A stretch of 64,000 nucleotides of DNA, from assembly GCF_018350175.1 (NCBI RefSeq), contig NC_058368.1:188110001-188174000 (forward strand), in the 5' to 3' direction. Positions 24,661-38,349 of the stretch are shown in pieces (position 1 is the first letter of the stretch; each line of letters begins with the position of its first letter). The position numbers and the translations under genes are program-made. Source of the DNA: Felis catus. Taxonomy: Eukaryota. The notes below the pieces were generated by a model. The model made no database searches and was not told the DNA's origin. It saw only the letters and a list, made by a program, of their open reading frames with translations.

Positions 24661-26769
24661 GTAGGAATGAATCTACAAAGTAGGAACTTTGAATCTACTG
24701 GTTAAAGTGTTCAGACATCTTAGGACAATTCCTTTCTGACTTGCTGTAGTAAATTGCCACTGAAATTTCACTACTTGGATCAAGAAAATAGAATTTAGAG
24801 AAAACAAAGAGATCAGGCTAGTGGTCAGTGGATCAGCATAGAAACCAGAGCCAGAGCTGGACAAAATTTTTTTATCTTAAGAATCATAACAACATAAAAT
24901 ATAGGAATTGCCATACTGGGACAGACCCATGGTCCACGCAGGCTGATACTCTGCTGCCAACAGAGGTCCCATGGGATGGGCACCCAGAGGGCACAGTCAT
25001 GTTGTACCCACCCTTGATCTTGGGTAAGAGACAGAGAAACCATTTCCTCCTGACGTCAACCATAAAGGTTAGGTATATCCCAGCACCCATTTATGGCTCT
25101 GTCGTACATAAATATATCCAAATCCTCTCCAACTGCCTGCCCCATCCCCCTTGGGGTTATGTGTTTCATTAGTTTATTTCCCACTGTGTGACACAGAATT
25201 TTAAAATCTCTATTTCCATCTTACTTTGTCTGAGGTTCAAAGAGGGACCATTTATCCCACTGGGCATCAAATGCAATAATGCAAATAGAATACGTTTAGT
25301 GCTGCGTAAACCCTGACACATCATAAGCGATTCATAAAGTCTAGTGATGATAATGACGAGGAGGATGATAAAGATGATGGTTCAATCCTCAATAACCCTT
25401 TCTGTTATGCATTATCTTTCCCATTTTACAGAAAGACAAAGTAAGGAAGGCTCAGGTTGCATCCCTCTGATAAAGGAGATCAGAGGAGAAAAAAGAGGTC
25501 AAAGAGCAGTTCACTGAAAAGTTGAAACTTGGGGTGTGGGCTAGAAGCTTAAGAAGCAACAGCTTGGAAACACCCTCTGCCCACCTCTCGTAACACACCC
25601 ACCCGCCCCAGCCCCAGGGCCGTACCTGCTGGCAGCTTGCTGCCATCTATGCAGAGTCTGAACCCAACTCAGCCGAGCCCTGGGGCCAACCAGCCCAACG
25701 AGGATTCTTCAGGTTCAGAGCACGAAAGGATCCGTTTTATTTATTCTACCCTCGTGATGGAAATGGCCCAAAAAATGTCCTTGTGCTTACTAAGCTATTT
25801 CCTAGCCAAAGCCAGCCAGAGAATGTTAATTATCTCATCCTTTTTTCCCCTCCGTGATGAATTATTGACTTCCAGTGCACGCTATCTTTAATTGCGAGGT
25901 ATTCCAGAACGAGCAGGTTATCAAAAATGTGCAAGGGGGAGAGCTTTGGTTGGGCACGGGGAAGCTGAGGTGGGAAAATTTATCCTTATTTATTTACATG
26001 GTAATGGGATGAGATTTTGCCAGCTTGCTAATGGGTTCTTAAAGAGAAACAGGCTTCCCGTGGCCTAGTTAGAACGATTGGTTGCCCTGCTGCCACATAA
26101 AACACCAAATCAAGAAGGCAGTGGCTCCCTTTTTCTAGACTATTTTTCTGTTTGGGGAAAGATCTGCATTATTTGCATGGGTCAAGGGATTCGCAATTTA
26201 TAGGGAGAGGATGGCCGCAGCTGCTGTCTGGTTTAAAGAGACCAGCCCCTAACTCTGCCATTGACCATTTATTTGGCCTCAGATGGTGCATTTAATTGCC
26301 CCTCAGCGTCAGTTTTTCTATCAGTCACATGGGGATGGTTATGCTCTTCCCTAAATCAACTCAGCAAGTTCATTGTAAAGACAAGATTAAAAAGTCAGTT
26401 TTAAGAGCGCTTAACGATTGTGAGTATTTTGTATCTCTGAGGAGCACACGTGATTTTCCGGAAAGCAAGAGACAGGTCCTAATCACATTTAAAAATAAAC
26501 CTTAGCATTTTCTAAGTGCTTGTCCAATTACTCCAAATAACGTTCATTCCAGAGGCTGCTGGTGGGGTGAGTCACGTGGTGAATGTATTAGATAGTGGAG
26601 CAGCCAGACACCGGCTGCAGCATCTCATTCCAACATTGAGGAGGAAGCAGCCAGGTCCACAGATAACCCTGAATCTCTCTCTGCGGCCTTTGGAGTTTCT
26701 TTGCCAGAAATGCCGGGAAACCTCTCTGGGTGCTTCCTCCTTCATCTTCTTTACCCTTTTGCTGTTCTC

Positions 26770-27170
26770 ATTTATGCAATAGATGTTTGTTGAGTGTCTC
26801 CCACGTGCCAGGCGCTGGGCTGGGCACTGGGTACAGACATCATCTGGGAGGAGGGGTGAAAGTTAAACTAACACAGAAATAAATACGCAGTTATGAAGGA
26901 AGGGAAGACTGGGGCTTTGAGAGAGAGGGTACCGGGGGAAGGAGTCATTTTACATTAGAGGATCAGGGAAGGCTTGTCTGGGCTTGTTAAATTGGAACTG
27001 AGGCCCAAAAGACCTACTGCTCAGATAGAGCACAGTAGATGTACAGGTAGGGAACATTCTAGTCAGCGGGAACAGCACGTATGAAGGCCCTGAGCAAGGA
27101 AGAGCTTGGTGTGTTTCAGAACTGAAAGGGGTGGGGTGTGTGTGAGTGTGCACACACGTGTGCATGGAAG
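26770..27170 (-). mobile_element. L2 3' fragment
   Basis: atgtttgttgagtgtctcccacgtgccaggcgctgggctgggcactggg is the antisense L2 terminus. Confidence 0.75.
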
Positions 27171-27409
27171 GATCATGAAGACAGAGTGGAGGTTGAGAGC
27201 AGGTGAAGTGGAAGAGGCCAGGTAGGCCTGAGTTTGAACCTTGTCTTTGCTCCCTGTTAGCTTGATAATCCTGGGCAAGTCACAGCACCTCTCTGATCTT
27301 CAGTTCTGTCCTTTGTAAAAAAGTACAGATGGCAGGTAGCTCATGAGTCAAATTGAGGTTCAAAGTTCACCACAGTAAAACAAAACAAAATAAAGTTCAC
27401 CGTAATCAC

Positions 27410-27756
27410 CCCTGAGTCCCTCTTAATCTGGCCCATGTTACCTCTTGGAACTTCTCTGTGATTAATCTTTCCCTCCCTCCCTTAGCTCCAGCCAACTGGC
27501 CTCTTTGCTGTTTCTCATACACACAAGACATATTCTACCTCAGGGCCTTTGCACTTGTTTTCTCTGTTGGCAATGCTTTTCACCTGTAAGTCTTACTCCT
27601 CACTTCCTTCAGTCTTTATTCAAATACTGTGTTCTCAGCGTGGCCTTTCTGGCTACTTTATTGAAGATTATTACCTCCATTCTATTTCAAACATTCCAAG
27701 GCATCCATCCCTGCTCCTGGCTTGCCTGCTTGCTTTCTTTTTCTTTCTTTCTTTTT

Positions 27757-27839
<83 letters not shown>

Positions 27840-28255
27840 TTTCTTTCTTTTCTTTCTTTCTTTTTATTTGTTTTTGAGATAGAGAAAGACAGAGTGCGAG
27901 TGGTGGGGTCGGGGGGCAGAGAGAGAGGGAGACACAGAATGTGAAGCAGGCTCCAGGCTCTGAGCTGTCAGCACAGAGCCTCATATGGGGCTTGAACTCA
28001 CAAACTGAAATCATGACCTGAGCCAAAGTAGGACGCTTAATTGACTGAGCCACCCAGGCACCCCATTTTTTTTCTCCATAGTACTTAGCACCATCCAGCC
28101 CACTAAATCTGTATTTTGCGCATTATCTGCCCTCCCCACTAGAATGGGGGCTCCATGAAGGTATGCGGTTTGTCTATTTTGTTCATTGCAGTATCCCTAG
28201 CATCTAAGGAGAGTGCCTGGCATATATTAGGTGCTCAATTAATAATGTTGAATGT
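27410..28255 (+). mobile_element. L2 3' fragment interrupted by a SINE
   Basis: cctcagggcctttgcacttg ... gtgcctggcatatattaggtgctcaattaataatgttgaatg. Confidence 0.8.
27733..28064 (-). mobile_element. Feline SINE with expanded (GAAA)n tail
   Basis: GGGGTGCCTGGGTGGCTCAGTC head on the minus strand. (TTTC)n at about 27733-27865. Confidence 0.95.
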
Positions 28256-28545
28256 TTGCAAAGATATTTAATAAGGTAAGTAGAACAATGCTTCCCACTT
28301 GTAGAACAGTTACATCCATTTTAGCTTTTTTTCTTCTCATTTAGAAAGCTCTGTGCCCTTGGGACCCCTAGAGCCTGGGCTCTTTGATTCCATTTGAGTA
28401 AATTCCAGCTTTCCTTACTCTGTGCCTGTACTGAACACCCCTTTCCTCAAGGTCTCGTGAGAAGTCCCATCTCCTCCACAAATTCTTCCCTAACTTACTT
28501 CCCCAGGCTGCAGAGATCTCGCCCTCCCCAGACCACTTCTAAAAC

Positions 28546-28784
28546 TTTCTTTTTTTATTTTTATATTTTTTAATGTTTATTTATTTTTGAGAGAGAGAGA
28601 GAAACACAGAGTGAGTGCGAGTGGGGGAGGGACAGAAAGAGAGAGCAAGACACAGAATCCAAAGCAGGCTCCAGGCTCTGAGCTGCCAGCACAGAGCCTG
28701 ACCCAGGACTCAAACCCATGAACTGCGAGATCATGACCTGAACCGCAGTTGGATGCTCAACTGACTGTGCCACCCAGGTGTCCC
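28546..28784 (-). mobile_element. Feline SINE (SINEC_Fc-like)
   Basis: caggctccaggctctgagctg..agcacagagcctga body and A-rich tail. Confidence 0.94.
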
Positions 28785-29986
28785 TAGCACTTTCAATGAT
28801 GTTTCTTATATGCGCCTTATTATTGAATACTCTGGGGTATCTCCTACTCTTTCATTTAACGTTGTGATGTCTATGTTTTCTAACCAAAGCTTAGAACTGT
28901 GGATTCATAGAATTTTAGAGTGGAGAGGGATGTTAGTGATACTCTTCTTCAGTGTTATATGGCAGGGCACTTTCTGCAAGCTTCTGGAGCTTATGTTCAA
29001 TTTATTTAAATTCTCTTATCTGTTTATTTGGCAAATGTTTACTGAATGCTGTTGTGTGCCAATTCATGGGTTGAGTACTGTGTTATGACAGTGATCCTGT
29101 CGTAGTTGGAACTCTCAATTGCTGACATGATGGTGCTTTGCGCACAGTAGATGCTGAATAAATTTTTGTTGAAGAAATGAATGAATTGAGCGTTTGTAGC
29201 CAATTTGAAGATGATTATGGCAAATTGTCTTAAAAATAATAAGATTGCCTTTATAAACTATGTGATGTCAGTGTTTTGGGCATAGTAAATACTAATCCAT
29301 GAAGATTTGGGATGGATAGAAAGAGGTGTGGGAGGTGCTTGAGGGAAATGGAGAGGTCCTGAGTTAGGATTCCCAAGAGGCCCAGAAGAAGGGGTTGAAT
29401 TAACCTCCCTATGGGACACCTATCAAAGTTTGGAGGAAGGGGGGAAATGGGATGGGTGGTGGTTTCTGTTGGTTTAGAGGTGAATTAGCTCTCAGTGTCA
29501 AGAAGCTGAAGGATGAGACACTCTGGTATCTAAGATCTACTTAGGAAAACCCTGAGATCCACTAGGGGGTTCTACTCTTCCTACTGGAGACCCCTTCTCT
29601 AGAGGACAGAATTCTCTTACTGTCTTGCAAGTGATTGCTTATGGGAAACATTTTCATGCTTGGCAACAGCACATACTGTCAAATTCATTTATTTTGCTTC
29701 CAGTTTGCTCCCCAAGGGGGACATTGTACTGCCAAATGGCTCTGCCTATGTGCCAGGCTCCAGTGGCTTCCAGCACCTGGGGGTCTGATTTCCAGCGATG
29801 CTACACTCCATCACTCAGCCTGAGAACATCTTAATTTAGCACAAAGGGTGACTTCCAGGCTGAAAGCTGCTAAGGACAAAGAGTTGTCAGAGGTGGTCAA
29901 TGCCAGTTGCAAATGTGGTCAGTCTCTGGATCTTGGTTCCTCAGACACTGCTACCCATTTGGAGATGTTCCTCGTTCCAATGCCAT

Positions 29987-30029
29987 GTCATCATCATTTT
30001 CACCACCACCACCACCACCATCATCATCA
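29987..30029. repeat. (CAT/CAC)n trinucleotide microsatellite
   Basis: tcatcatcattttcaccaccaccaccaccaccatcatcatcaa. Confidence 0.85.
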
Positions 30030-30598
30030 ATTACCATTACAGATTAAGCTGCATCAGATAGGTTTGTAATTACCCCTTAACAGGGGCAATTTTCTGGGTG
30101 GAGAAGTCCTGATCAACAAAATATTGGTCCTGCAACAACCTCTGTAAGATTTTTCAACAGAGAAAATGTTTCTCTTCTACCAAAATCAAACCAAGAACCA
30201 CAATTCCGAGAAGAATACTACAAAACTCTCAGGTGCAAAAGGAAATAAAAAGTGGGAGAAAACTCGGGAAAGGTGAAGATTTAGCAAAAGATCCAGGGTT
30301 ATGAATCAGAAGACCTGGACTCTAGTCCAGGGAATTTTGTTTTAACTTGGGGATTCCACTGGGAGTGTCAGTAACTCAGCCTCTTTGGGCTAAAGTCAAT
30401 GTTTCTATCAACTGGGATCAATAATGCTTGCCCTATTCTACCTCAGAAAAATGTGATGGGAATTGAGTAAGTTAGTGGATGAGCAAACTTAGGAAGAATA
30501 TATAAAAGGGAGTAGTGTGAGAAGTGTTTTGCTGTTACATTCAAGATGTTATATTGAAGTGAGGCTAAGGACGTTAACATTAAGGGTTCTTGGTTATA

Positions 30599-30806
30599 TT
30601 TTTAAAAAACATTTTAATGTTTATTTTTGAGAGAGAGAATCTCAGCGAGGGAAGGGGAGAGAGAGAGGGAGAGAGAGAATCCCAAGCAGTCTCTGCACTA
30701 TCAGCACAGAGCTCGACGTGGGACTTGAACTCACAAACTGTGAGATCATGACCTGAGCTGAAACCAAGACTCAGACACTTAACTGGCTGAGCCACCCAGA
30801 TGCCCC
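30599..30806 (-). mobile_element. Can-SINE
   Basis: TSD agggttcttggttata (30583-30598) / aggattcttggttata (30807-30822). Confidence 0.95.
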
Positions 30807-31260
30807 AGGATTCTTGGTTATAAATGAGAGAAACTCAACTTGCAATGAATTAAGCAAGAAAAGGGACTTGATTGGTATGCATAATTGAAAATTCCAAGGT
30901 TGAATCTTGCTTCAGGCACAGCTGGATTCAATACAAAAGATGGATGGTATGAGAATCCTGACTCTTGACCTGGCAGCCCTCTTCTAAGAGTGGTGCCTCC
31001 ATTCTTAGGCTTTGAGTGATGGCAAGGGAGCTGGAGCAAGTACAGCCTCTCAAGTTCAAGCCTGATGGGAAAGTGTGAACGCCTCCTTCTTCTTGGCCTT
31101 GCAAGCGAAGTCTCTCAATGAACTTTCACTGAACCCGATTAATTTGATGTGAGTCACATGTCTATCCTGAACAAATTACTGTGACCAAGGAATGGAGCTG
31201 GCTTAGACCTAGGTGTCAGGACCCAAGTTCTACCCCTGGAGTAGAAAGTAGGGGGCCCCA
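30807..31260 (-). mobile_element. Old MaLR/ERVL LTR (MLT1K/L-like), split by the preceding SINE
   Basis: agaaactcaacttgcaatgaattaagcaagaaaaggg..., cttcaggcacagctggattca, gtcacatgtctatcctgaacaaattactgtg. Confidence 0.65.
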
Positions 31261-32519
31261 TATATATATCACTATATGAAAAACCAAGGGACATGTAGTG
31301 ACGTGGTGACGAAGTGTCAGAACACAGCAAATATCCACCAAAAAGACTAACCAGTGAGGAACTCTTGAGTGGAAAAAGAAATCTAAATTAGCCATTACCA
31401 GCAGCAATCAGCAATCTCTTTAAACTAGAATCTCTTTATTAGCCTACTGTTCCTCACAGGTATGTGCTTACATCTCACAGATACAGGTTGTGCATGGCAC
31501 ATCTTACATTTCCTAGAAAGGACTCAAGTTCACCAATCATTTTCTTCAAGTGATAGGAGTGATTAAGGCTGGAACAAATATCTTCAAGCTCTCTCCCTCA
31601 CTCTAATTCAAAGTGCTTGTTTGGTGATTAACCAAGCAGTGATTATGCTATGGTTTACATTTTCATTTGTACTGTTATTTTAACTCATATAATTTTTTAA
31701 GAAACCTTTTAGTGGGTTCATAGCTTGTCTTCCCATCCAGATAGTGATTTCCTTGAAGGCAGAGATTATATTTCATGCTTCTTTACCTAATGCTGTATGC
31801 TCAAAAAGTATTTGTTGGTTTTCTTTAAATTAAATATTCTAATCATTTATTCTTCATCAGAGCTATAAATTCTAATAAACAAAATGCCATGTAAAGGAAA
31901 TGTAAACACCACTAAGATTTTAGGCAAACAAATTCATTTTCACATTAAAAGCATAACTATTGAAGCTTACTTGTTGACTGCAGAATGGGATTGCAACTAT
32001 TCAAATACCTTTGATAAGATGGCAAAATTATGATGTAAGTGCTACTTATTTTTCCAGGTCCATGGAAGCCAAAACTAATCAGTCACGCCACTCTTTTTCC
32101 ATAAATCTGGATGTAGTTTTAGAATTTGTCTCAATATAGCACTTGAGGAGGGCATTACTAACTGATTAAGGTGTTGGCCCAAGAATGGACCCCATTTATC
32201 ATCCTGCGATTTAATGCCTTGGGTGGTTGCCCTCTTTGACCAAATTGATAGCTTTAGGCAGTGCACCTGTGGAGCTAGACAGAATGAAAGGGACATTTTC
32301 TCAGCCAGAGCAGTCAATTCAACTCAGCAACTTGGGGTGACAGAAGATAGAGGCAAATCACCCCCCTCGGTTTACATTAAACTATATATTCTTTATTGCC
32401 ATCTAATCATGAGTGCTAAGACCAAGTATCTAGTAGTTGTTAATGGAACAAATTCTCTTTGCTATTTAAGAGTCAGATAAGATGGATTCATTTATATGAA
32501 CTTATTTTAGAAAACTCAC

Positions 32520-34000
32520 CCACTCATTGACAAATCTGAACTAGAAACTACCATGTGCCACATTATCCAGGGAAAACTCCTTTTGGAGGGAATCAGGGGA
32601 GCTTTTACAGAAGAGATGACATTTCAACTGGTCTTTGCAAGGTGTGTAAAACTTTTTTAGGGAAACCGAGTATGTGTGTAGGGAAGGAGGCATAAGACTG
32701 TTGGGTTAGAAGGGATGGCAAATTTTTTTTTGTAATATTTGTCAAGGAAATACATGACAAATAAAGGACAGGTTGTGACTAAGGAATAATGAGTTATCCA
32801 CTGTGGCTATAATGTCCGCATTATGTATGTACATGAGTAGCATGTGTCAGGAGGTCAAGGTGAAAGAATAGAGTGAAATAATATTCTGAAGAGCTTTGAA
32901 TATCATATTAAGGAGTTTGGACTTATCCTATGAACAACGGGAGCCAACTGTATTATTAGGTAAGAGAAAGGATACCTGGAAATGAGTAGATTGCTTTGGC
33001 TGCAGAGCAGAGTATGGCCAGGAGAGGTTGCAAGACCAGAAGATAGGGAGATGGGCAGGAGGAAGCCACTACACCTGTCTAGATAAGCAATGATGAGAAT
33101 ATGAGCTAGAACAGTGATAATGGGATGGGGAGGAGGGAACAGAATAAAAAATATATACATCGAGTTTATGTGACACCAAAGGACAGAGTGGGAATCGATG
33201 AAATCTTTGAGACTTCTGGCCATCAAGATAAAATTGAAAGAGAGGCAAGTGACTAGAGTTGTCAGACTTAGTAAGGAAAAATATAGGGCACCCATTTAAC
33301 TTTCCATTTCAGATAAACAACAAGTTTTTTAGGATATATAAATGTCCCAAATATTAGATTTAACTGGGATTTTGTATTTTATCTGTCAACCCTAAAAGTT
33401 GATCCAAAGACTGGCCAGATATCATTGACTTTGACAGTCAGGAAGCCATTGATATGCTCTTCACAGGCAGTTTCACCACAGCAGTGTGAGCAGAATCTGG
33501 AAGTTGGTGGGCAGGTGAGTGATCTGGTGACAAGGAAACAAAGATGGTGAGGAAGGGAAATTACTGAGGGAGTCAATTCTGTGCAGGATTTTGGTGTCAA
33601 AGAAGGTGAGAAATAGAAAAGTAGCCTGAGAAGAGGAAAAGATCAGGGAAGAGTCTTCGTCTTGTTTTAGAAAAAAGAGGGAGACTTGTATGTTTGTAGG
33701 CTGACAGGGAAAAAAAATGCAGAGAGGGAAAAGAAGGAGAAAGAAACAAGAAAGAGGAGATTATCCCTGCAGTGAGATTCTGGAAGAGGATTAAGAGAAT
33801 AGTGGAGAGGTCAGCCTCCGGACAAGAAATAGAATAGCTTTTCCATAGAGCTGAGAGGCAAGGAGAAAGGATTAACCATGCTATCACTAATCTGGAAATG
33901 TAGGAGAGAAGGTGAAGGAGTGCATGCATGATAGCCTTTTTTTCTTTGTGATCTAGGAAGGTCCATCATTTGATGAAAGCTGATGGCAGGGTTTCTGCAA
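32520..34000 (-). mobile_element. Long degraded L2
   Basis: Antisense L2 motifs: acagaagagatgacatttcaactgg, aaggagtttggacttatcct, gcagtttcaccacagcagtg. Possibly a small MER insert at about 33255-33395. Confidence 0.65.
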
Positions 34001-34279
34001 GAGCAGGATTTGAATCTAAGGAAAATGATAAAAGGAAATGTCTTGAGTGCTAGAAAGCAGAGGGCTTAAAAACATGGGTCGGAAAAATCAGCACCTACTG
34101 CCTGAGGCCAAAAAAGACTGGTGTGGATAGACAAGAACATGTGGTGGAAAAAAAAGTATAGAGTTTGGAGGTTGAGGGGCCTGGGTATGGGCTCTGGTTC
34201 TATCTATCTGGATTCAGTAGCTTTTCCTAGGTCATGCTGTGTAACATACAGCCCCCAGGTCTCAGTGGCTTCCAAAAGC

Positions 34280-34357
34280 ATTTCTTTTCCTTCCTTCCTT
34301 CTTTCCTTCCTTCCTTCCTTCCTTCCTTCCTTCCTTCCTTCCTTTCTTTCTTTTCTT
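34280..34357. repeat. (TTCC)n microsatellite within an LTR-like relic
   Basis: Directly visible. Confidence 0.92.
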
Positions 34358-35061
34358 TAATGTTACATGGTAGTGGCTGCAGGTCAGTTGTTATAGCTCT
34401 TCTGCAGAAAGTGGTAGGGTTCAAGTCCATTTCTTATTCTAGGACTCAGGCTAGCAGATAAGGAACCATTGGGGCATGACTCCTCAGAGCAGAGGACACA
34501 GGAGCAAGAAACCAAACTGAACCAAGCAATCACATTTAAATTTTTTTCTTGGATGACTTATGCCATATTTGCTCATGTTCCACTGGCCAAAGCAAGTCAA
34601 ATGGCCAAACTCAACATCTATGGTGTATGCAAAGACACTTCACTACGGACAGAGGTAAGTGAATATTTACAAATAATAATATAATCTACTATATAATCTG
34701 AAGATTTCATAATTCTGGGCAAGTTACTTCAGCTTCCTGGGCTTCAATTTCCCCATGTGTAATATGGTGACACTAGCATCATAGTTTTCTAAGTCACATT
34801 AGTTTTCTAAGATATGGGGAGGATTAAATAAGATGAACATGTGTATAAAACCTACTACGGTTCCTAGTACATAACAGATACTACATATTCATGAGATTGC
34901 CTTGCCTTGGCATTGCAATTACATAGCTCCACAATCATAGGAAATAAATTAAATGTTCTACTCTACATTTTCCATCTTTCAAATGACTGGATGGCCTGTA
35001 GGATCCTTGTTGGCTCTAAAATCTTCTATTTTAAAAAATCTTGTACTAAATAATCAAACAA

Positions 35062-35313
35062 GGGGCACCTGGGTAGCTCAGTTGGTTGAGTGTCCGACTT
35101 CCAGTCAAGTTATGATCTGACCAGTTTGTGAGTTCAAGCCCCACATCTGGCTCTGTGCTGACAGCTCAGAGCCTGGAGCCTGCTTCTGATTCTGTGTCTC
35201 CCTTTCTCTCTCTCTGCCCCTCCCCTGCTCATGCTCTGTCTCTAAGAAGTAATAAATAAAGGTTTAAAAAAAAAAAAAAAGACTTTCTTTAAAAAAAAAA
35301 AAGAAAGAAAGAA
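35062..35313 (+). mobile_element. Feline SINE (SINEC_Fc-like)
   Basis: Perfect 17-bp TSD actaaataatcaaacaa at 35045-35061 and 35314-35330. Confidence 0.96.
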
Positions 35314-36313
35314 ACTAAATAATCAAACAATCCCTTACCCCCAAAGAACCCCCTGGCTTACGAAGAAACTACGAGTTCATTGGTGTTTTCATTTGGTTTA
35401 TATCTCCTTGGCCCAGCCAACTACCAAGGTCAGAGAGAAGACTTGTTCACATAAACCTAAGATATCTATGGGAACCAAGTACGTGGTAGATCATCTCATC
35501 ATCCATTAGCAACACTGTTTAAGCTTCCAGAAAGGCTTCACAGAGAAAGGTCAAGATATTCTCACTTCACCTGGAGGAGTTTATCCACCTTGAATAATAA
35601 GCTCTGTTGGTGAGATGTGAAATCTGACAACAAGTGAGGAAATAGTTGAAGAGGAGGAATTGAAAATGCCCAGAGTCTTCCCAGGTGTCACCTGCTGCCT
35701 TGTAAATGTGTGAAAGCCTTGAAATAGTGTCTGGCAGAGCTCTGGAAAGTCCCCACCATATGTCACTGACTGTTCTTCAGAGTGGGAGCAGGTAGAGGCA
35801 TGTCTGAACAATGTTCAAGACCGATTATATCAATTAGGATTGTGAGTGGCGACAAGGTTCAGAGACCAGACCACAGTGGCTTACATAGAACAGAGGTTTA
35901 TTTTCCCAGGTAGCCATACTTTTGAAAGTAGATGGACAACCGTTTAATGGGGGTACCAATGTCATGGGAATTTTTGGTGTGCATCAGTCTAGAAGGAGGT
36001 TGTAATGGAAAGTTTTACTAGGTGGCAAATTAGAATTTAAGCATAAACAGAAGGATCTCACAAGTGCGGTCCAAATTAAAATAGCTTAAGGGTGTTTACC
36101 AATGCCCAATTTAAATACCTAGCTTTAAAACCAAGCAGAGTTAATTGGTCAAATATCTAATTCTGTACCGCAGTTTCTATTCTAATTTGGGTTTGTAAAT
36201 AATGAAACAAAATAAAAGATTCAGTTCAAGTTAAAAGTAAATAGATTGAATGTATAGGGGAAAGAGATTATCACATGCAGGTAAGGGTAAAAAAAAAAAA
36301 AAAATGACAACCT

Positions 36314-36545
36314 GAAGGGAAGGTGGGGATGGGAAAAGACGGGGAAGGAGAGTGGGAGCCACAAGGTCCAGTTTATGGAGTGAATGTCACAGGGATAAAA
36401 GGCACAGCCTAGGGAACATAATCAGTGGTACTGCAACAGTGCTGTGTGGTGACAGATGGTAGTGAACATAGCATAACACACAGGGAAGTTCAATCACTGA
36501 AACTAATGTCACATCATGTGTCAACTATACTTCAATAGAAAAAAT
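36314..36545 (+). mobile_element. Short L1 3' UTR fragment (older carnivore/L1MA-type)
   Basis: gtggtgacagatggtag...aaactaatgtcacatcatgtgtcaactatacttcaat plus A tail. TSD atgacaacct on both sides. Confidence 0.85.
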
Positions 36546-36619
36546 CATGACAACCTTTCTCCCATCTTTGCCTAAATCTTTATTATTTCTAGTGGGATAG
36601 CCATCAATCCCATCTCTCC

Positions 36620-37090
36620 AGTGAATCTAGTTTTGACACAGCGGTCAAAGGGATCTTAACAAACATTAATCAGATATCATTGCTATGCTTAAAACCCTCC
36701 CAAACTTCAATTGCCTTTATTGCAAAATCCAAACTCCATACTGTGGCCTAGTTGGTAGGCCGGTCCTCTCCTGCCCCACTGACCTTTCATTCTCCCTGTT
36801 CCAGCCACAGTGCTCACAAGGCTAGTTTCTGCCTCAGGACCTTTGTGTTTGTCGTAGTCTTCACCCAGATCACTCTTCCCTCAGAAGAGAGGGTTGGATC
36901 CTTTCAATGTAAATGTCACCTTCTTAGGGATCTTCTCCCCCATTGCACTATCTGAAGTAGCCCTCCCTACTCTCATATTTATTTTATCCCATTATCCTAT
37001 TTTAAACATTATCATTACTACCTGACTACATCTTACTTGCTTGTTTGTGCTTTGCTGTCTTCCACTAGACTGTAAGCTCTTTGGGGATAG
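36620..37090 (+). mobile_element. L2 fragment
   Basis: tgcttaaaaccctcc, tgcctcaggacctttg, ccactagactgtaagctc. Confidence 0.75.
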
Positions 37091-38349
37091 AGCATAGCAC
37101 ATGTCTACGCTCAGTAAGTATGTGCTAAGTAATTTCAAAATCAAGTATTTCAGACTCTCTAATTATTCCAAAAAAGAAAGATATTATCATAAACCTGAGC
37201 CAGGGAACTCTTCCTGGAGGAGAGGGGAATGGGTTGGACTCAGAAGAAAGAGAAGGATCAGAGAATTGAAGGACCTTAATTGGAGGTGCCCAGGTAAAGC
37301 CATAGGTAAGGTTTGGGGGCCTTAGCCTGTGTTAATTCCTCTTCTAAAATGACAACAGTGCCCATATCTCCACCCCTGGCAGATCACAGACAGAACAACC
37401 TTCCTTAAAAATGTATTATCAAGGGCATGGAAGCAAAATACTCTGATGACTTCATTAAAAGAAAAACATGTGACTCTTGCATAGACCAAAATAAATTCCC
37501 AGACCAAGGGGGTGTGGCTGAGGGACAGTTCCCGAGCTGAAGAGAAAGTGCAGGACCTTCCAAGGCATTCTGTGAAAAAATGCTCTTTGGATAAAACTGC
37601 AACTTAAAAATAACGTCTGCTGGGTGTGGAGAGGAGAGCAACTGAAGTATTGGGGCCAGAAACCCAGAGGGAGGGCCAAATTTGGGCTAAGAAAATGCTA
37701 GATTCTTAAGATCTTTGGAAAGCAACTCCTCTGCCCCCATTTATTTACAATGAACAAAGTTTCTTAGAAACAAATATGAGGAAACTGGCAATTTGTGATG
37801 CTTAAGGTGTCAAACCAGTATGCTAATAAACAGATAATCTTCCAGGATTGGAAAGATTATTTCCTGATGAGGGAGGAAAAAAAATCTGAGAAAGACAGAT
37901 TTATGTTTCTAGATAAACTAGTATGACACCATTGGAGAACAAGATGCTATCTAGATAAGGGCCAAATAAGGTGCTTCTAACCTTTGGAGCAATAGGCATA
38001 AGGCAGCCAAACGTAGTGAAAATTGAGGACTGTCATGAGGGGTAGGCTCACGTGGGGAGAATCCAACTCTGCCACTCTTCCTGTGTGACCTCAGGTGAGT
38101 CATTTCACTTTTCCAACCCTCAGTTTCTTCATCTGTAAAATGGGAAAATGCCCATTTACCTCTGAAGGATGTTGTAGAGATTAAATAAAGTACTGCATAA
38201 GAACTGCCTCACAGAGTACCTGAATGTTGGAAAGCTTTAAAAAAACTTGGAATTTTATTTCTCTTCCTTCTCCTTGAAGAGCTGGGGAAATTGAAGAGCT
38301 TCAGAAGATATAAACCAAGATGTTTACTTTCCTATTTAGGGAGTATAAC

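Noticed and set aside
27505..28053. Phe/Ser-rich and Lys/Glu/Arg-rich ORFs (also at 34121-34461 and 42844-43360)
   Set aside because: Translations of (TTTC)n, (TTCC)n and (GAAA)n repeats.
29848..30069. Poly-histidine ORF suggestive of a transcription factor
   Set aside because: Isolated CAC/CAT microsatellite with no supporting domain or exon structure.
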